A stretch of DNA of 25,365 bases from a virus (Duplodnaviria > Caudoviricetes), in IMG/VR virus record IMGVR_UViG_3300044580_000159, positions 1 to 25,365 of that record. One strand, given 5' to 3'. The position numbers and the translations under genes were made by a program. Each line of letters begins with the position of its first letter. Position 1 is the stretch's first letter. This document shows, piece by piece, positions 24,347-25,365 of the stretch. Under the pieces are notes generated by a model. That model was not told the origin of the DNA. It saw nothing but the letters and a program-made list of their open reading frames with translations, and did no database searches.

Positions 24347-24676
24347 ATGGACGAGAAAAAGAAAAAACAACCTGCCGGCGATAAATCCTACATCGAGGAG
24401 ATAGCAAAAGACCGACCGCTGGCAGAGGAGTCTGATTTAGAGGGGTTCCGGCGACGCGGTGATACTTATCTTACCGAGGAGGATTTGCAAAACGAGCAGT
24501 CCACCGGACGAGAGGCTGCGGGACTCACCAGGGAGGAGGCTATCAAAGCCATCGCCAGGTCAGAGGGTATACAGTACCCCGAGGGCGATCTTGAGGAACT
24601 CTATAAGAGGATCCGGGAGAAAAAGAAAAAAAAGTCCATGCCATATGAACCGATGATCGATAGGCCAGGGATATGA
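24347..24676 (+). CDS. Hypothetical charged protein between TerL and portal
   Basis: 109 aa with SD AGGAGG. ATGA-coupled to the portal. Confidence 0.7.
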   Translation: MDEKKKKQPAGDKSYIEEIAKDRPLAEESDLEGFRRRGDTYLTEEDLQNEQSTGREAAGLTREEAIKAIARSEGIQYPEGDLEELYKRIREKKKKKSMPYEPMIDRPGI

Positions 24677-25365
24677 CGGGATCTACTGAAGCCAGGGGCG
24701 ACAAAGAACTTATAGGCGAGCTCGACAAACTCTACACAGCCCTACAGCAGGATCGCAAACCGTTTGAGAGCGTGTGGAGCGAGGTCACTGATATGTTTTA
24801 CTCCAAGCGCAACATATACCGCCCAAATAACGATACGCAGGACCGAAAGCCAACCCATAGGTATTCCTCAAGGGCAAAGCGAGCTCTCGCTATCGCCTCA
24901 AGGGGGTTCCAGGGGTATACCGCAGACCGCCGGTCAGACTGGCTTCAGCTCCAGTTTGAGGATCACACTCTCATGGGGATGTACGGGGTCCAGGACTGGC
25001 TTGAGGTGTCTCAGCGTATACTCCTGGCTCATTTTTCCAGGTCTGGATTCTATGAAAAACTGGCCGAAATGATCCCCGACGCAATGAGTATGGGGACAGG
25101 GGCGATCTACTCCGAGGAGGATGTTGAGCGCCATAAAATTGTCTTCCGATGCCGGCACCCAAGGGCAATATACATATCCGAGAACTCATTCGAGGAGGTC
25201 AAAATTGTTATAGACGAGGAGTATATGTCGTACCGCTCGCTAAAGGATCGGTTCGGCGAACTCCTGCATAACAACATGCTCGAGCGAGAGAAAACTACCC
25301 CATTCGCCAGCACTACGATACTGCATATAACTATGCCGTTCGATGGTCGTTTCGCAAAATACGCA
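24673..25365 (+). CDS. Portal (head-to-tail connector, T7/BPP-1-like podovirus type), 3' truncated
   Basis: Missing from the ORF track because it has no stop in the window. It translates as MTGS...LQQDRKPFESVWSEVTDMF...GFQGY...DWLQL...VQDWLEVSQRIL...SRSGFYE...SMGTGAIYSEED. Confidence 0.9.
   Translation, partial: MTGSTEARGDKELIGELDKLYTALQQDRKPFESVWSEVTDMFYSKRNIYRPNNDTQDRKPTHRYSSRAKRALAIASRGFQGYTADRRSDWLQLQFEDHTLMGMYGVQDWLEVSQRILLAHFSRSGFYEKLAEMIPDAMSMGTGAIYSEEDVERHKIVFRCRHPRAIYISENSFEEVKIVIDEEYMSYRSLKDRFGELLHNNMLEREKTTPFASTTILHITMPFDGRFAKYA

Larger units (their letters stand above)
45..25365. mobile_element. Temperate bacteriophage genome fragment (podovirus-like head, non-integrated configuration)
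   Basis: Contiguous tail, lysis, integrase/attP, switch, recombination, replication, terminase and portal modules. No host housekeeping genes. Confidence 0.97.

Noticed and set aside
24764-25072. 102-aa ORF listed in the track
   Set aside because: It is an alternate frame inside the portal gene, which has clear family motifs.
45-25365. CRISPR array or stop-codon reassignment
   Set aside because: No repeat-spacer periodicity was seen. Genes are full length in the standard code and use TAA, TAG and TGA as stops.

Overview
The window is about 25 kb of a temperate tailed-phage genome, preceded by 44 nt of untrimmed Illumina adapter. Gene order is: a 5'-truncated giant virion-type protein with a RadC-like JAB domain, a tail/fibre module, a lysis cassette (M23 endolysin, holin, two fully overlapping membrane-protein ORFs), a tyrosine integrase next to an intact attP matching the 3' half of tRNA-Arg(UCU), AT-rich accessory membrane genes, a switch (HTH repressor opposite an AbrB-fold gene), Xis, YqaJ exonuclease plus a non-RecT partner, a replication initiator with an internal origin, a nin-like region, TerS/TerL and a 3'-truncated podovirus-type portal. 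The integrase and repressor sequence styles suggest a Spirochaetota host (inference from recalled family patterns, no search run). The most interesting signals are tail genes split exactly at an Ig-domain strand boundary (possible donor-strand complementation), tandem active and degenerate JAB domains in an injected-type protein, an unusual nested spanin-like pair and an unannotated cationic amphipathic peptide. No CRISPR array, reverse transcriptase or complete RNA gene was seen.
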